Of a stretch of 64,000 nt of DNA, positions 29,865 through 39,057 are shown piece by piece; position 1 is the stretch's first letter, and every line of letters begins with the position of its first letter. The notes beneath the pieces are model-generated. The model saw only the letters and a list, made by a program, of their open reading frames with translations, was not told the origin of the DNA and searched no databases. Both the position numbers and the translations under genes were made by a program. Source of the DNA: an uncultured Actinomycetes bacterium (GTDB taxonomy: Bacteria; Actinomycetota; UBA4738; HRBIN12). The stretch spans positions 952,598 to 1,016,597 of the forward strand of contig CAVZMG010000002.1 of NCBI GenBank assembly GCA_963776425.1. Direction: 5' to 3'.

Positions 29865-29900
29865 GAACGGGCCGCCTTCGGGCGGCCCGTTCCGTCTTCC
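29865..29900 (+). terminator. rho-independent-type terminator after 5S
   Basis: ggaacgggccgcc-ttcg-ggcggcccgttcc is a perfect 13-bp stem, followed by gtcttcc. Confidence 0.7.
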
Positions 29901-29919
29901 CGATAGGCTGGAGAAACCG

Positions 29920-30609
29920 ATGGCCAAACCCTTGCGTCCACGTCCCACCGGTGGCCCCAAGCGGGCCGTTCAGACCACGCATCAGCTTCCCCGCGACATC
30001 CTCGACGAGGTCCGAAGGACCGCTCGCCCATCGGACCAGCAGGATGCGATCGCCCGGCTGTCGCGTGCCATCGACCTGTTGGAGCGGGGGGATGTCGCGG
30101 CTGCCGCTACCGAGGCGGAGAAGGCGAAGCGATTCGCGCCACGATCGGCGTCCGTCCGCGAGGTTCTCGGGTTGGCGCTGTACGGCCAGGAGCGATGGCA
30201 GGAGGCCATGGCGGAGTTGAAGGCGTACAAACGCATCACGGGCCGGGAGGACCAGAACCACCTGATCGCGGATTGCCTGCGCGGACTGGGTCGGCCTGCC
30301 GAGGCCGTGCCGTTGGCGGAGGAGGAACTCAGGAGCAGCGCCTCGAACGACGCGAAGGCCGAGGCGGTGATCGTCGCGGCGTCCGCGCTCGCCGATCAGG
30401 GACGGTTCGCGGAGGCCCTCGCCTTCCTCGGGCGGGCCAAGACGCGTGAGGACATCTCCGAGGGGTACACGCTCCGGTTGTGGTACGTGAAGGGTGACAT
30501 CCTGGCGCGCGCCGGCCGAAGCGATGAGGCGGCCGCGGAGTTCCGGAAGGTGATGCGGCACGATGCCGCGGCGTTCGATGTGGCAGAGCGCCTCGCACAG
30601 ATGGGTTAA
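29920..30609 (+). CDS. TPR-like repeat protein of unknown function
   Basis: The 229-aa helical repeat pattern (...ALYGQERWQEAMAELKAY..., ...ALADQGRFAEALAFLGRA..., ...ARAGRSDEAAAEFRKV...) has TPR character. Trimmed to ATG 29920, because the track ORF start lies inside the 23S/5S genes. Confidence 0.6.
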   Translation: MAKPLRPRPTGGPKRAVQTTHQLPRDILDEVRRTARPSDQQDAIARLSRAIDLLERGDVAAAATEAEKAKRFAPRSASVREVLGLALYGQERWQEAMAELKAYKRITGREDQNHLIADCLRGLGRPAEAVPLAEEELRSSASNDAKAEAVIVAASALADQGRFAEALAFLGRAKTREDISEGYTLRLWYVKGDILARAGRSDEAAAEFRKVMRHDAAAFDVAERLAQMG

Positions 30610-31547
30610 GCCTCGGGCTGCGGCTCCGCCCGCTCCAGGTATCGCAGGATACCCATCGCGTTCATCCGGACGCCGGCCAGCGTCTCGAGACGATCCAGGT
30701 CGAGCTGACCCTCGGCTCCGGTGACGACCTCGCGGGCCACGTCGCGCGCGAGGAGCTCGACGATCTCATCCAGATCGGTTGTGGTGCGCTTGGCATCTCG
30801 GACGGCGTCGGTCCAGGCGCGCAGTCTGCGGATCGCGAGTTCGCACGTGCGCTCGACCTCGAGGATCGGTCCGAAGTGGGCGAACAGCAACATCGAGCCA
30901 GCGGCGGCGCGGATGCGTTCGATGCTGTTGATGGCGAGCTCCAGGTCGAAGTCAGGGGGCGGCGTAGCGGGCCGCAACACCGGGAGGTCGGGAACGTGGA
31001 TCCCGAGCGCGTCGCCTGTGAACACCACGCCGGTGGCGTCGTCGATGATCGCGACATGGTGCGATGCGTGGCCGGGTGTGTCGATGGCACGGAGCGTCCG
31101 AGCCCCGACGACGAGCTCTGCCCCGTCGGGCAGGGCCAGGATCCGTTCAGGCGGAACGGGTTCCACGGGTCCGAAGAGCGAAGCCATGCGCTCCTCGCCG
31201 TAGACACGTGTGGCGCTCGCTACCAGGCGAGCCGGATCCGCGAGATGCCGCGCTCCGCGTTCGTGCACGTGAACGGTCGCCGACGGGAAGCGGGCTGCCA
31301 GCTCGCCGACGCCACCTGCATGATCGAGGTGGATGTGCGTCAACACGATGTGCGCGAGCTGATCGGCGGAAACGCCGAGCGAGTCGAGCGCCCGGGAGAC
31401 CGGCTCCACCGATGTCCCGGGCCCGGTCTCGATCAGGACCGGCTCCGATGCGGCGATGAGGTAGGCGGCCGTGTAACGCTCTCGACCACCCATGAAGGTG
31501 TCGATCGCGGTGATCCCGGGAGCGACTTCGAACGTCACCGTCTCCAT
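30606..31547 (-). CDS. MBL-fold metallo-hydrolase
   Basis: The metal-binding motif is HIVLTHIHLDHAGG (HxHxDH). Further on come DTPGHASHH and FTGD. Confidence 0.85.
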   Translation of the reverse strand: METVTFEVAPGITAIDTFMGGRERYTAAYLIAASEPVLIETGPGTSVEPVSRALDSLGVSADQLAHIVLTHIHLDHAGGVGELAARFPSATVHVHERGARHLADPARLVASATRVYGEERMASLFGPVEPVPPERILALPDGAELVVGARTLRAIDTPGHASHHVAIIDDATGVVFTGDALGIHVPDLPVLRPATPPPDFDLELAINSIERIRAAAGSMLLFAHFGPILEVERTCELAIRRLRAWTDAVRDAKRTTTDLDEIVELLARDVAREVVTGAEGQLDLDRLETLAGVRMNAMGILRYLERAEPQPEA

Positions 31548-31611
31548 CCGGGCGAGTGTAGGCGAGCGATGTCGCTACCCGGTGCTAGCGTTCCTCGAGG
31601 AAGGAGGAGCC

Positions 31612-31932
31612 ATGGTGACGGTGAACGTCGTCGTCCTCGCGGGTACCGTGGCGGCAGAGCCGGTGGAACGCCGGATGCCGTCGGGCGATGAGGTCACCGA
31701 GCTCCGGCTCTCCGTTCCGGAGGCGGGCAAGCGCCTCCTCCCCCTCCCGATCGCGGTGTGGCACACCTCGGTCGGCAAACGGGCGCTGAAGGGGATCGCC
31801 AAGGGCGACGACGTGCTGGTGTACGGCACGCTCGCCCGGCGGTTCTACCGGAGCGGAGCCGGTGCGAGGAGCCTCACGGAGGTGGTCGCAACGGGGATCA
31901 AGAAGTTGGAACCGGCGCGGGAGGATCCTTAG
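31612..31932 (+). CDS. short SSB-like OB-fold protein without an acidic C-terminal tip
   Basis: MVTVNVVVLAGTVAAEPVERRMPSGDEVTELRLSV...DDVLVYGTLARRFY shows an SSB-type beta pattern. It is 106 aa and ends ...KKLEPAREDP. A strong SD, aaggagg, lies at 31601-31607. Confidence 0.65.
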   Translation: MVTVNVVVLAGTVAAEPVERRMPSGDEVTELRLSVPEAGKRLLPLPIAVWHTSVGKRALKGIAKGDDVLVYGTLARRFYRSGAGARSLTEVVATGIKKLEPAREDP

Positions 31933-33095
31933 CCCGCGGCGGGATCATCGAGAGGCATGAGAACCATCCCGGTGCGGGGTTTCGGCCAGAAGAACGTCGA
32001 CTTCTGGGGTAGGCGTTCTCCTCGCTCAACGATCGTGCGGATGCGATCGGGAGTCGTCGATGGGAGCAGGTAGGCGATCGCTGCCTTCCCTTCCTCGACG
32101 GCGGTGGTGGCCTCAGCGACGGAGTGGGTGAATCGGAGCTCGTCGGCGCGGACGTTGGCGTCAAGGAAGGATGCGTGCAGAGCGCGCACCGCCGGGGGGT
32201 CTCCGGCGATGGGAAGGGCTCGGTACCGCATACCTGCCGGCGTCCGGTCGACCAGCCCCACCACCGGCGACTCATCGTCGAGGGCCTTCATCAGGGCTGG
32301 GAGGTCGTTCAGCGGGAGCGCGCCTGCGGGCTGCGGACCGGAGCGCTGGAGGCGGTGGAACGGAAGCACCGAGAGACGCTCAGACCCCGCGTCGACGACG
32401 AACACCAACAGCCGATCCCAGGCTCCCGGTCCGTGGTCTCGGCGCATCTCATCCCGATACGCGAGGGCGGTCGTGTACCGATGGTGGCCGTCCGCGATCA
32501 AGAGATCCTGGCGGGTGAGCCATTCGTCGACCGGTGTCCGCGCGTCGACCAGCCATCGCCGGTGAACGACCCCTTCCTCGTCGACAGCTTCGGCGTCGGG
32601 GGCGAGTTGCGACGTGTGTCCGAGGAGATCACCCAGGTCGGGGCTGGGGCCCGCGACGGTCACGTAGACGGGAGAAAGGTGTGTTCGCGTCGCCCTCAGC
32701 AGCCGGAGCCGATCCTCGACCGGGCCGGGCATCGTCCGTTCGTGGGGAAGGACCGCGCCTCCCCAGTCCTCGAGCTCGAGGGCGCACATGATCCCTCGGA
32801 CGCGTTGCGGTTCACCGTTGCGTTCGAAGCGCATCTCATACGCCTGGTACGCGGGTGCGGTTCGTCTGAGCGCACCGGCCGCGATCCACCCGCGGAGCAG
32901 CGCGTTGGCTCCGGCGTAGCCGCCCTCCGTGTGGGGGTCCGCCAGATCGAGCTGCACGATGTTGAACGGCCGCCCACGATGCGCGAGCTTGCCGGACTCG
33001 CTGATAACGTCGTACGGCGGCGCGGTCACGTGGTCGAGTGGCCCGACGATCGCGGGATCGTAGACGAGCGCTTCGAACGGGAAGATGCGAGGCAT
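31929..33095 (-). CDS. DUF1015-family protein
   Basis: MPRIFPFEALVYDP...VTAPPYDVIS...VLPHERTMPGPVEDRLRLLRATRTHLSPVY...LIADGHHRY is the conserved DUF1015 block pattern. Confidence 0.8.
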   Translation of the reverse strand: MPRIFPFEALVYDPAIVGPLDHVTAPPYDVISESGKLAHRGRPFNIVQLDLADPHTEGGYAGANALLRGWIAAGALRRTAPAYQAYEMRFERNGEPQRVRGIMCALELEDWGGAVLPHERTMPGPVEDRLRLLRATRTHLSPVYVTVAGPSPDLGDLLGHTSQLAPDAEAVDEEGVVHRRWLVDARTPVDEWLTRQDLLIADGHHRYTTALAYRDEMRRDHGPGAWDRLLVFVVDAGSERLSVLPFHRLQRSGPQPAGALPLNDLPALMKALDDESPVVGLVDRTPAGMRYRALPIAGDPPAVRALHASFLDANVRADELRFTHSVAEATTAVEEGKAAIAYLLPSTTPDRIRTIVERGERLPQKSTFFWPKPRTGMVLMPLDDPAAG

Positions 33096-33198
33096 GACCC
33101 TTGTATAGCAGCGATGGTTGGCTCCGATCCGAGACCGATCGTCCGAGCGCGCACATCGGTCTGCCTCGGCGGCGCACCATCAGGTCGCGCGTGCCGTG

Positions 33199-34047
33199 AT
33201 GCAGATGCTCGCGGAACGGTACGAGGCGTTCCTCTTCGACCTCGACGGCGTCATCTATCGAGGTTCCGACGCGATCCCCGATGCTGCGCCGACGCTGCAG
33301 CGCCTGCGGGCGATGGGCAAGCGGGTCGCGTTCGTGACCAACAATTCGGCTCGCACGCCCGAGTCCATCGCCGATCGCCTACGCGCTATCGGTATCCCTG
33401 CGGAGGCCGGTGAGGTCGAGACGTCGGCCTTGACCACCGCGGAGTTGCTCGCTGCGCGCGACGTGCGCGACGCGTTCGTCATCGGCGAGGAAGGGATCCG
33501 CACCGCCCTCGCGGCCCAGGGGATCGCGCTGGCAGACGCTCGGGCCACCACGGTGGATGTCGTCGTGGTCGGATGGGACCGGGACGCCGACTACTCCAAG
33601 CTGCGCGATGCGTCGCTGTTGGTTCAGCGCGGCGCCGCGCTCGTCGCGACGAACGCTGACGCATCGTTCCCGGCTCCCGACGGCGATTGGCCTGGAGCCG
33701 GGGCGCTCCTGGCGGCGATCGAGACGACGACCGGGGTGCGCGCGGAGGTCGTTGGCAAGCCGAACGCCCCGTTGTTGCTCGCAGCGCTCGACCGAGCGGG
33801 TGGCGGGCGGCCACTGCTGATCGGGGATCGGCTCGACACCGACATCGCCGGGGCGCACGGGCTCGGATGGGATTCCCTCCTCGTCCTTTCGGGGATCGCG
33901 AAGGCGGAGGATCTCCCCGGGGCGCCGGTGATGCCGACGTACGTCGGTGGAACGGTCGCGGCTCTGCTCCGACCTCCGGACGAGGGCCGGGTCGAGGAGC
34001 GTATGCTGGCTGCGAGCGACCCCTCGCTCTCGAAGGAGACCCCATGA
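33199..34047 (+). CDS. HAD-superfamily hydrolase, subfamily IIA (NagD-like)
   Basis: FLFDLDGVIYRG (DxDG nucleophile motif), VTNNS, GKP and GDRLDTDI. Start ATG 33199. Confidence 0.85.
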   Translation: MQMLAERYEAFLFDLDGVIYRGSDAIPDAAPTLQRLRAMGKRVAFVTNNSARTPESIADRLRAIGIPAEAGEVETSALTTAELLAARDVRDAFVIGEEGIRTALAAQGIALADARATTVDVVVVGWDRDADYSKLRDASLLVQRGAALVATNADASFPAPDGDWPGAGALLAAIETTTGVRAEVVGKPNAPLLLAALDRAGGGRPLLIGDRLDTDIAGAHGLGWDSLLVLSGIAKAEDLPGAPVMPTYVGGTVAALLRPPDEGRVEERMLAASDPSLSKETP

Positions 34048-34418
34048 CCACCATGGACGACGTTCGCAAGGCGATCGAGGAGATGATCGGCAACCTCACT
34101 CCGGCGAAGGCGCAGGAGCTCGCGAAGAGCTTCTCGGGCCCCGGCGCGGCGAAGGAACAGGTTGCGAAGGTTGCGAGCGACATGCTCGAGTGGTCGCAGC
34201 GCAACCGGGATCGTCTGAAAGAGGTCATCAGTCGTGAGGTTGCCTCGCAGATGAAGTCGATGGGTGTCGCGACGCAAGCAGACGTGGACGCGGTGAAGAA
34301 GCGCGTCAGGGATCTGGAACGCCGGGTGGGCATGACGGCCTCGGGGCGCAAGTCTGCCGCGAAGAAGCCGGCCGCACGGAAGCCGGCCGCGAAGAACCCC
34401 GCTCCCTCCGACTCCTAG
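34044..34418 (+). CDS. small coiled-coil (phasin-like) protein with a Lys/Ala/Pro-rich basic tail
   Basis: 124 aa. The SD gaaggag lies at 34032-34038, and the ATG overlaps the HAD stop (ATGA). The tail reads SGRKSAAKKPAARKPAAKNPAP. Located upstream of tlyA. Confidence 0.6.
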   Translation: MTTMDDVRKAIEEMIGNLTPAKAQELAKSFSGPGAAKEQVAKVASDMLEWSQRNRDRLKEVISREVASQMKSMGVATQADVDAVKKRVRDLERRVGMTASGRKSAAKKPAARKPAAKNPAPSDS

Positions 34419-34426
34419 GCCCCTGG

Positions 34427-35221
34427 ATGGCTCGACGCCGGCTCGACGCGGAGCTCGTTCGTCGAGGTCTGGTGGCGGATCGGGCGGAGGCATCCGCGGC
34501 TGTCTCCGCCGGTCTGGTGACCATCGGCGGGATGCCTGTCACGACGGTCGCCACGATGGTTCGTACGGACGCACCCGTCCGTGTGTCGAGCCCGGAAGGC
34601 GGGTTCGTCTCGCGCGGTGGCGACAAGCTACAGGGCGCGCTCGACCGATTCGATGTGCGGGTCTCGGAGAGGGACTGTCTGGACGCCGGCGCCTCCACGG
34701 GAGGGTTCACCGACTGTCTCCTGCGAGCGGGTGCACGGCGTGTGATCGCGGTCGACGTCGGGTACGGGCAGCTGGCGTGGGCGCTTCGGAACGACCAACG
34801 CGTGGTCGGGCTGGAACGGACGAACGTCCGAGAGCTCGTTCGGAACGACCTGCCGTTCGAGCCGGAGTTGGTGGTGGCCGATCTGTCGTTCGTCTCGCTG
34901 CGGACGGCGCTCCCATCCTTGGCAGGCCTCCGTGCGGATGCCGGCGAGCTGATCGTGCTGGTGAAGCCGCAGTTCGAAGCCGCGCCGGCGCTGGTTGGAG
35001 ATCGGGGCGTGGTTCGCGACCCCGTGGTCTGGCGGGCGGCGCTCGATGGGGTCGCCGAGGTCGCGCGCACGGAGGGTCTCGCGGTGCGAGACGCGATGCC
35101 CTCACCCATCCTGGGGCGCTCCGGGAACGTCGAGTTCCTGCTCCACCTGGGCGTAGGACAGGGCATAGGCGAGGCCGGACTCGATCGCCTGATCGGCGAC
35201 GTGGAGGACCTGGTTCGATGA
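34427..35221 (+). CDS. tlyA: TlyA-family rRNA (cytidine-2'-O)-methyltransferase
   Basis: An S4 domain (RLDAELVRRGLV) is followed by the FtsJ-like core FVSRGGDKLQGAL...CLDAGASTGGFTDCLL. Confidence 0.9.
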   Translation: MARRRLDAELVRRGLVADRAEASAAVSAGLVTIGGMPVTTVATMVRTDAPVRVSSPEGGFVSRGGDKLQGALDRFDVRVSERDCLDAGASTGGFTDCLLRAGARRVIAVDVGYGQLAWALRNDQRVVGLERTNVRELVRNDLPFEPELVVADLSFVSLRTALPSLAGLRADAGELIVLVKPQFEAAPALVGDRGVVRDPVVWRAALDGVAEVARTEGLAVRDAMPSPILGRSGNVEFLLHLGVGQGIGEAGLDRLIGDVEDLVR

Positions 35222-36072
35222 AGGTCGTCGGATTCGTCGTGCACGAAGGGCGGGAGGCTGCGGTGGCCGCGGCCACGTCCCTCCAGCGATCGCTCGAGGG
35301 GGACGGCGAACAGGTCGTGCAGGTGGGGGATGGCCGCGGCGTCGCAGCCCTCGATCTGGTCGTATCGGTCGGCGGCGATGGCACGTTCCTCCGCGCCGCA
35401 CATGTCGCCGCGGAGGCTGCGGCGCCGGTCTTGGGGGTGAAGGTCGGGCGCTTGGGGTTCCTGACGGAGGTCGAGCCCGATGAAGCGCTCTCGTTGATCC
35501 GTCAAGCGCTCGCGGGCGGGGCAGAGATCGAAGAGCGCCTCGCCGTTGTGGCGGAGCCCGGCGGCAGTGGGACGTTCGATGGCCAGTGGGGGCTGAACGA
35601 GATCATGGTCGAGAAGCGCGCGCGTCATCGCTTGGTGCGTCTGGCCGTGGAGGTCGACGGGGCCTACGTCACGACCTTTTCGGCGGATGGCGTGGTCGTC
35701 GCGACGCCGACCGGGTCGACCGCCTACTCCTTCTCCGCGCGCGGGCCGATCGTCAGTCCCGACGTCCCGTGCTTGGTGCTGACGCCGGTTGCCGCGCACA
35801 TGGTGTTCGACCGCTCGTTCGTCCTCGGTGCTCAGCAACGGGTCGTTCTTGAGGTCGTGGGCGACGAGCCGGGTCTGCTCTCCGCCGACGGACGCGAGAC
35901 CGTAGAGCTCCCGGTCGGCAGCAGGGCGTTGATCAGAGCGGCCGAACGACCTGCTCGGTTGGTCCGGCGTCCAGCGGCGCAGCCGTTCCTGTCACGTGTC
36001 CGCGACAAGTTCGAGCTGCCGGGTGAACCCGCCGCAGGCCACTCCCGAGGAGATGTCGGTATCTCCGACTAG
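35218..36072 (+). CDS. nadK: NAD kinase
   Basis: DLVVSVGGDGTFL, LGVKVGRLGFL and ADGVVVATPTGSTAYSFSARGP. The ATG overlaps the tlyA stop. Confidence 0.93.
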   Translation: MKVVGFVVHEGREAAVAAATSLQRSLEGDGEQVVQVGDGRGVAALDLVVSVGGDGTFLRAAHVAAEAAAPVLGVKVGRLGFLTEVEPDEALSLIRQALAGGAEIEERLAVVAEPGGSGTFDGQWGLNEIMVEKRARHRLVRLAVEVDGAYVTTFSADGVVVATPTGSTAYSFSARGPIVSPDVPCLVLTPVAAHMVFDRSFVLGAQQRVVLEVVGDEPGLLSADGRETVELPVGSRALIRAAERPARLVRRPAAQPFLSRVRDKFELPGEPAAGHSRGDVGISD

Positions 36073-36075
36073 GAT
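36070..36075 (+). promoter_or_regulatory. candidate -10 box (TAGGAT) for leaderless recN
   Basis: Lies 6 nt upstream of GTG 36082. It overlaps the nadK stop codon. Confidence 0.3.
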
Positions 36076-36081
36076 GCCCGC

Positions 36082-37725
36082 GTGCTGCGGGAGCTGCACA
36101 TCACGGGATTGGGGGTCATCGACGACCTCGATGTCGAGCTGCACTCAGGCCTGAACGTTCTCACCGGAGAGACCGGCGCCGGCAAGACGATGGTCACCGT
36201 CGGTCTCACGCTCGCTCTCGGGGCTCGAGCGGGCAGCGCACTCGTGCGCGAGGGAGCTCCGGCGGCCCGCGTGCAGGCGCGGTTCGATGCGCCGTTGGGG
36301 TCCGAGGAGTGGGCGGAGGATGGCGACCTGCTCCTCGCGCGAAGCGTGAACGCAGACGGGAAGAGCGCGGCGCGGATCGGGGGCCAGCTGGCCACGGCAT
36401 CGACGCTCGCCGAGCTCGGGGCGTCGCTCGTGGAGGTGCACGGTCAGCACCAGGCGCAACGGTTGCTTTCGACCGGGACGCAGACGGCGTTCCTCGATCG
36501 GTTCGCGGGTCAAGCGCATCTCGCCGTCCTCGAGGCGTATCGTGCGACCTGGCATCGCTGGGACGCGTCCCGGCGTGCTCTCGACGAGTTGTTGGCCGCC
36601 TCCCGAGAGCGCGAGCGCGAGCTGGATCTGTTGAGCTACCAGGCGCGGGAGATCGAAGGGGTCGCTCCACGACCCGGTGAGACGGAGCAGCTCGAGGCGG
36701 AGTTGGGGCGCCTGGCGCACGTGGAGCGGTTGCTCGAGCTCGCGGCGAGAGCCGAGGAGACCCTCGCGGGGGAGGACGCGTCGGTGGACGGCCTCGCGGC
36801 GGTCGCCACGCTCATGGAGGACGCCGCACGGCTCGATGCCGGTGCGGACGAACTCGGACGTCGAGCCCGGGCGTTGGCCGCGGAGAGCAGCGAGCTGGCG
36901 CGCGACGTGCGCGACTATCGGGAGGGCCTCGCCGTCGACCCGAGCCGGCTCCAGGAGGTTCGGGAACGCCTGGCAGCGCTCGGCGAACTCCGCCGGAAGT
37001 ACGGCGCCACGGACGAAGACGTCCTCTCCTTCCTGGACGTCACCTCCGCTCGCCTGACGACGCTCGCCACGGCCGATGAGCGGTCCGCCGAACTCGCCGA
37101 TGAGGTGGAGGCGCTCGCGGTGAGCGTCCGAGCAGGCGCGACCGACGTCTCGGCCGGTCGCGCGAGATCGGCGCCGGCGTTGGCATCCGCGATCGAACGG
37201 GAGCTCCATGAGCTCGGGATGCCGGGAGCCCAGATCGAGGTCGGTCTCGTGGCCTCAACGGAGCCGGGACCGCTCGGGGACGAGCGCGTCGAGCTCCTCC
37301 TGTCGGCTGCCCCCGGCCAGCGGTCGGCGCCGCTGGCCAAGGTGGCGTCGGGGGGCGAGCTCTCCCGGACGATGCTCGCGTGTCGGAGCGTGCTCGCCGA
37401 TCTCGACGAGGTTCCGACCCTCGTGTTCGACGAGGTGGATGCCGGGATCGGGGGCGAAGCCGGCCTCGCGGTCGGCCGCCGGCTCGCTGGGTTGGCTGCT
37501 GGACGACAGGTCCTCGTCGTCACGCACCTCCCGCAGATCGCCTGTTTCGCCGATCGACATCTCTTCGTGGACAAACGCGGCGGAACGGCGACGGTGACGG
37601 TGTTAGACGACGACCAGCGGATCCACGAGCTCTCGCGCATGCTCGCCGGACTGACCGGGAGCGAAGGCGCCGTCAGCCACGCCGAGGAGCTCTTGGCGGC
37701 TGCATCCTCGGCTCGTGCTCGCTGA
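36082..37725 (+). CDS. recN: DNA repair protein RecN
   Basis: An SMC-like protein with N-terminal Walker A (LTGETGAGKT), long coiled coil, signature GGELSR and Walker B (LVFDEVDAGIGG). Confidence 0.95.
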   Translation: MLRELHITGLGVIDDLDVELHSGLNVLTGETGAGKTMVTVGLTLALGARAGSALVREGAPAARVQARFDAPLGSEEWAEDGDLLLARSVNADGKSAARIGGQLATASTLAELGASLVEVHGQHQAQRLLSTGTQTAFLDRFAGQAHLAVLEAYRATWHRWDASRRALDELLAASRERERELDLLSYQAREIEGVAPRPGETEQLEAELGRLAHVERLLELAARAEETLAGEDASVDGLAAVATLMEDAARLDAGADELGRRARALAAESSELARDVRDYREGLAVDPSRLQEVRERLAALGELRRKYGATDEDVLSFLDVTSARLTTLATADERSAELADEVEALAVSVRAGATDVSAGRARSAPALASAIERELHELGMPGAQIEVGLVASTEPGPLGDERVELLLSAAPGQRSAPLAKVASGGELSRTMLACRSVLADLDEVPTLVFDEVDAGIGGEAGLAVGRRLAGLAAGRQVLVVTHLPQIACFADRHLFVDKRGGTATVTVLDDDQRIHELSRMLAGLTGSEGAVSHAEELLAAASSARAR

Positions 37726-37782
37726 GGGAGGTCTCCCCAGACCGACTGGGCGGCACGGCGAGCCGTTCGGCTACGCTGCGGG

Positions 37783-39057
37783 GTGACCTTCCGGGGTCAC
37801 GGAAGCGGCGGCGTTCCTCCGCCGGAGGAAGGAGCCCACACGTCCACGTCCAGAACCCGCGGGCTGCGCCGACGAACGGGGCGACGGCCGCGTTCGGAGA
37901 CCGGCGTCGCCCGGGTCGATCGTCGGACCAAGGATCTCGTCTCCCGAGCGAACACCGGCGATGTCGCGGTCATCGACCATGAGGATCTCGACCGCATCGC
38001 GGCCGAGGGGCTGGCCGATGCGGGCGTGGCCGCGGTCCTCAACGCGTCCCCGTCGATCAGCGGTCGCTACCCGAACCTCGGACCGCTGATCCTGGCAGAG
38101 GCAGGTATCCCGTTGATCGACCATGTGGGACCGCTCCTGTTGCGGAAGATCCGCGAGGGCGATGATCTGCGGCTGGACGGCGACCGCGTGTTCCGCGGAG
38201 ATCAACTGGTGGCCGTCGGCATCCGTCAGAGCCAAGCGTCGATCCTGGCCGACATGGAGGCGGCGCAGTCATCGCTGGGGGAACGGTTCGAGAGTTTCGC
38301 GCGCAACACGCTCGAGTACATGCAGGACGAGCGCGATCTCCTGTTCGGGGGCGCCGGACTCCCCGAGCTTCGCCACTCGCTGGTCGGCCGGCCGGTGTTG
38401 GTCGTCGTTCGCGGGTACAGCTATCGCGAGGACCTCGCGACGCTCCGCGCCTACATCCGCGATGTGCGGCCGGTGCTCGTAGGCGTCGACGGCGGCGCCG
38501 ATGCGCTCTTGGATGACGGGTATGCGCCCGACATCATCCTCGGTGACATGGACAGCGTCTCCGACCGCGCCCTGGCCTTGGCCAGCCGGCGTCGCCGTCG
38601 ACGGCTCCCTACCGAGCTGGTCCTGCACGCGTATGCGGACGGGCACGCGCCCGGGAGAGAGCGCCTTGAGCGGTTGGGGGTTCCCTTCACCGTCGTCCGC
38701 TCCGCGGGCACGAGCGAGGACGTTGCCTTCCTCTTGGCGCACGAGAAGCGGGCCGATCTGATCGTGGCCGTAGGCACGCACGGCAATCTCCGCGAATTCC
38801 TGGATAAGGGTCGCGGCGGGATGGCGAGCACGTTCCTGGTACGGCTGCGGGTCGGCGAGATCCTGGTCGACGCCAAAGGGGTGTCGCGGATCTACACGGG
38901 TCGCGGCTTCCGAGCGCGGGACACGATCCTCCTCGTCGGTTCCGCGCTGTTCGCGATGTTCGTGGTCGTGTGGTTCTCTCCCTCGCTCCGTCTCTACTGG
39001 GATCTCCTGATCGAGCAACTGCGCCAGTGGCTCTTCCATGTGAAGGAGCTCCTGTGA
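37783..39057 (+). CDS. steA: SteA-family putative cytokinetic ring protein (start uncertain)
   Basis: GVARVDRRTKDL...GDVAVIDHEDLDR...AVLNASPSISGRYPNLGP..., with a C-terminal TM segment. GTG 37783 is the only canonical in-frame start. An in-frame ACG at 37840 follows a strong SD. Confidence 0.8.
   Translation: MTFRGHGSGGVPPPEEGAHTSTSRTRGLRRRTGRRPRSETGVARVDRRTKDLVSRANTGDVAVIDHEDLDRIAAEGLADAGVAAVLNASPSISGRYPNLGPLILAEAGIPLIDHVGPLLLRKIREGDDLRLDGDRVFRGDQLVAVGIRQSQASILADMEAAQSSLGERFESFARNTLEYMQDERDLLFGGAGLPELRHSLVGRPVLVVVRGYSYREDLATLRAYIRDVRPVLVGVDGGADALLDDGYAPDIILGDMDSVSDRALALASRRRRRRLPTELVLHAYADGHAPGRERLERLGVPFTVVRSAGTSEDVAFLLAHEKRADLIVAVGTHGNLREFLDKGRGGMASTFLVRLRVGEILVDAKGVSRIYTGRGFRARDTILLVGSALFAMFVVVWFSPSLRLYWDLLIEQLRQWLFHVKELL

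Noticed and set aside
33104-33413. A leaderless-looking ATG at 33114 (4 nt after TATAGC) opening a roughly 100-codon frame that overlaps the HAD gene.
   Set aside because: The translation is Arg-rich nonsense with no motifs. It overlaps the well-supported HAD frame, and the spacing to the hexamer is too short. It is probably coincidental.
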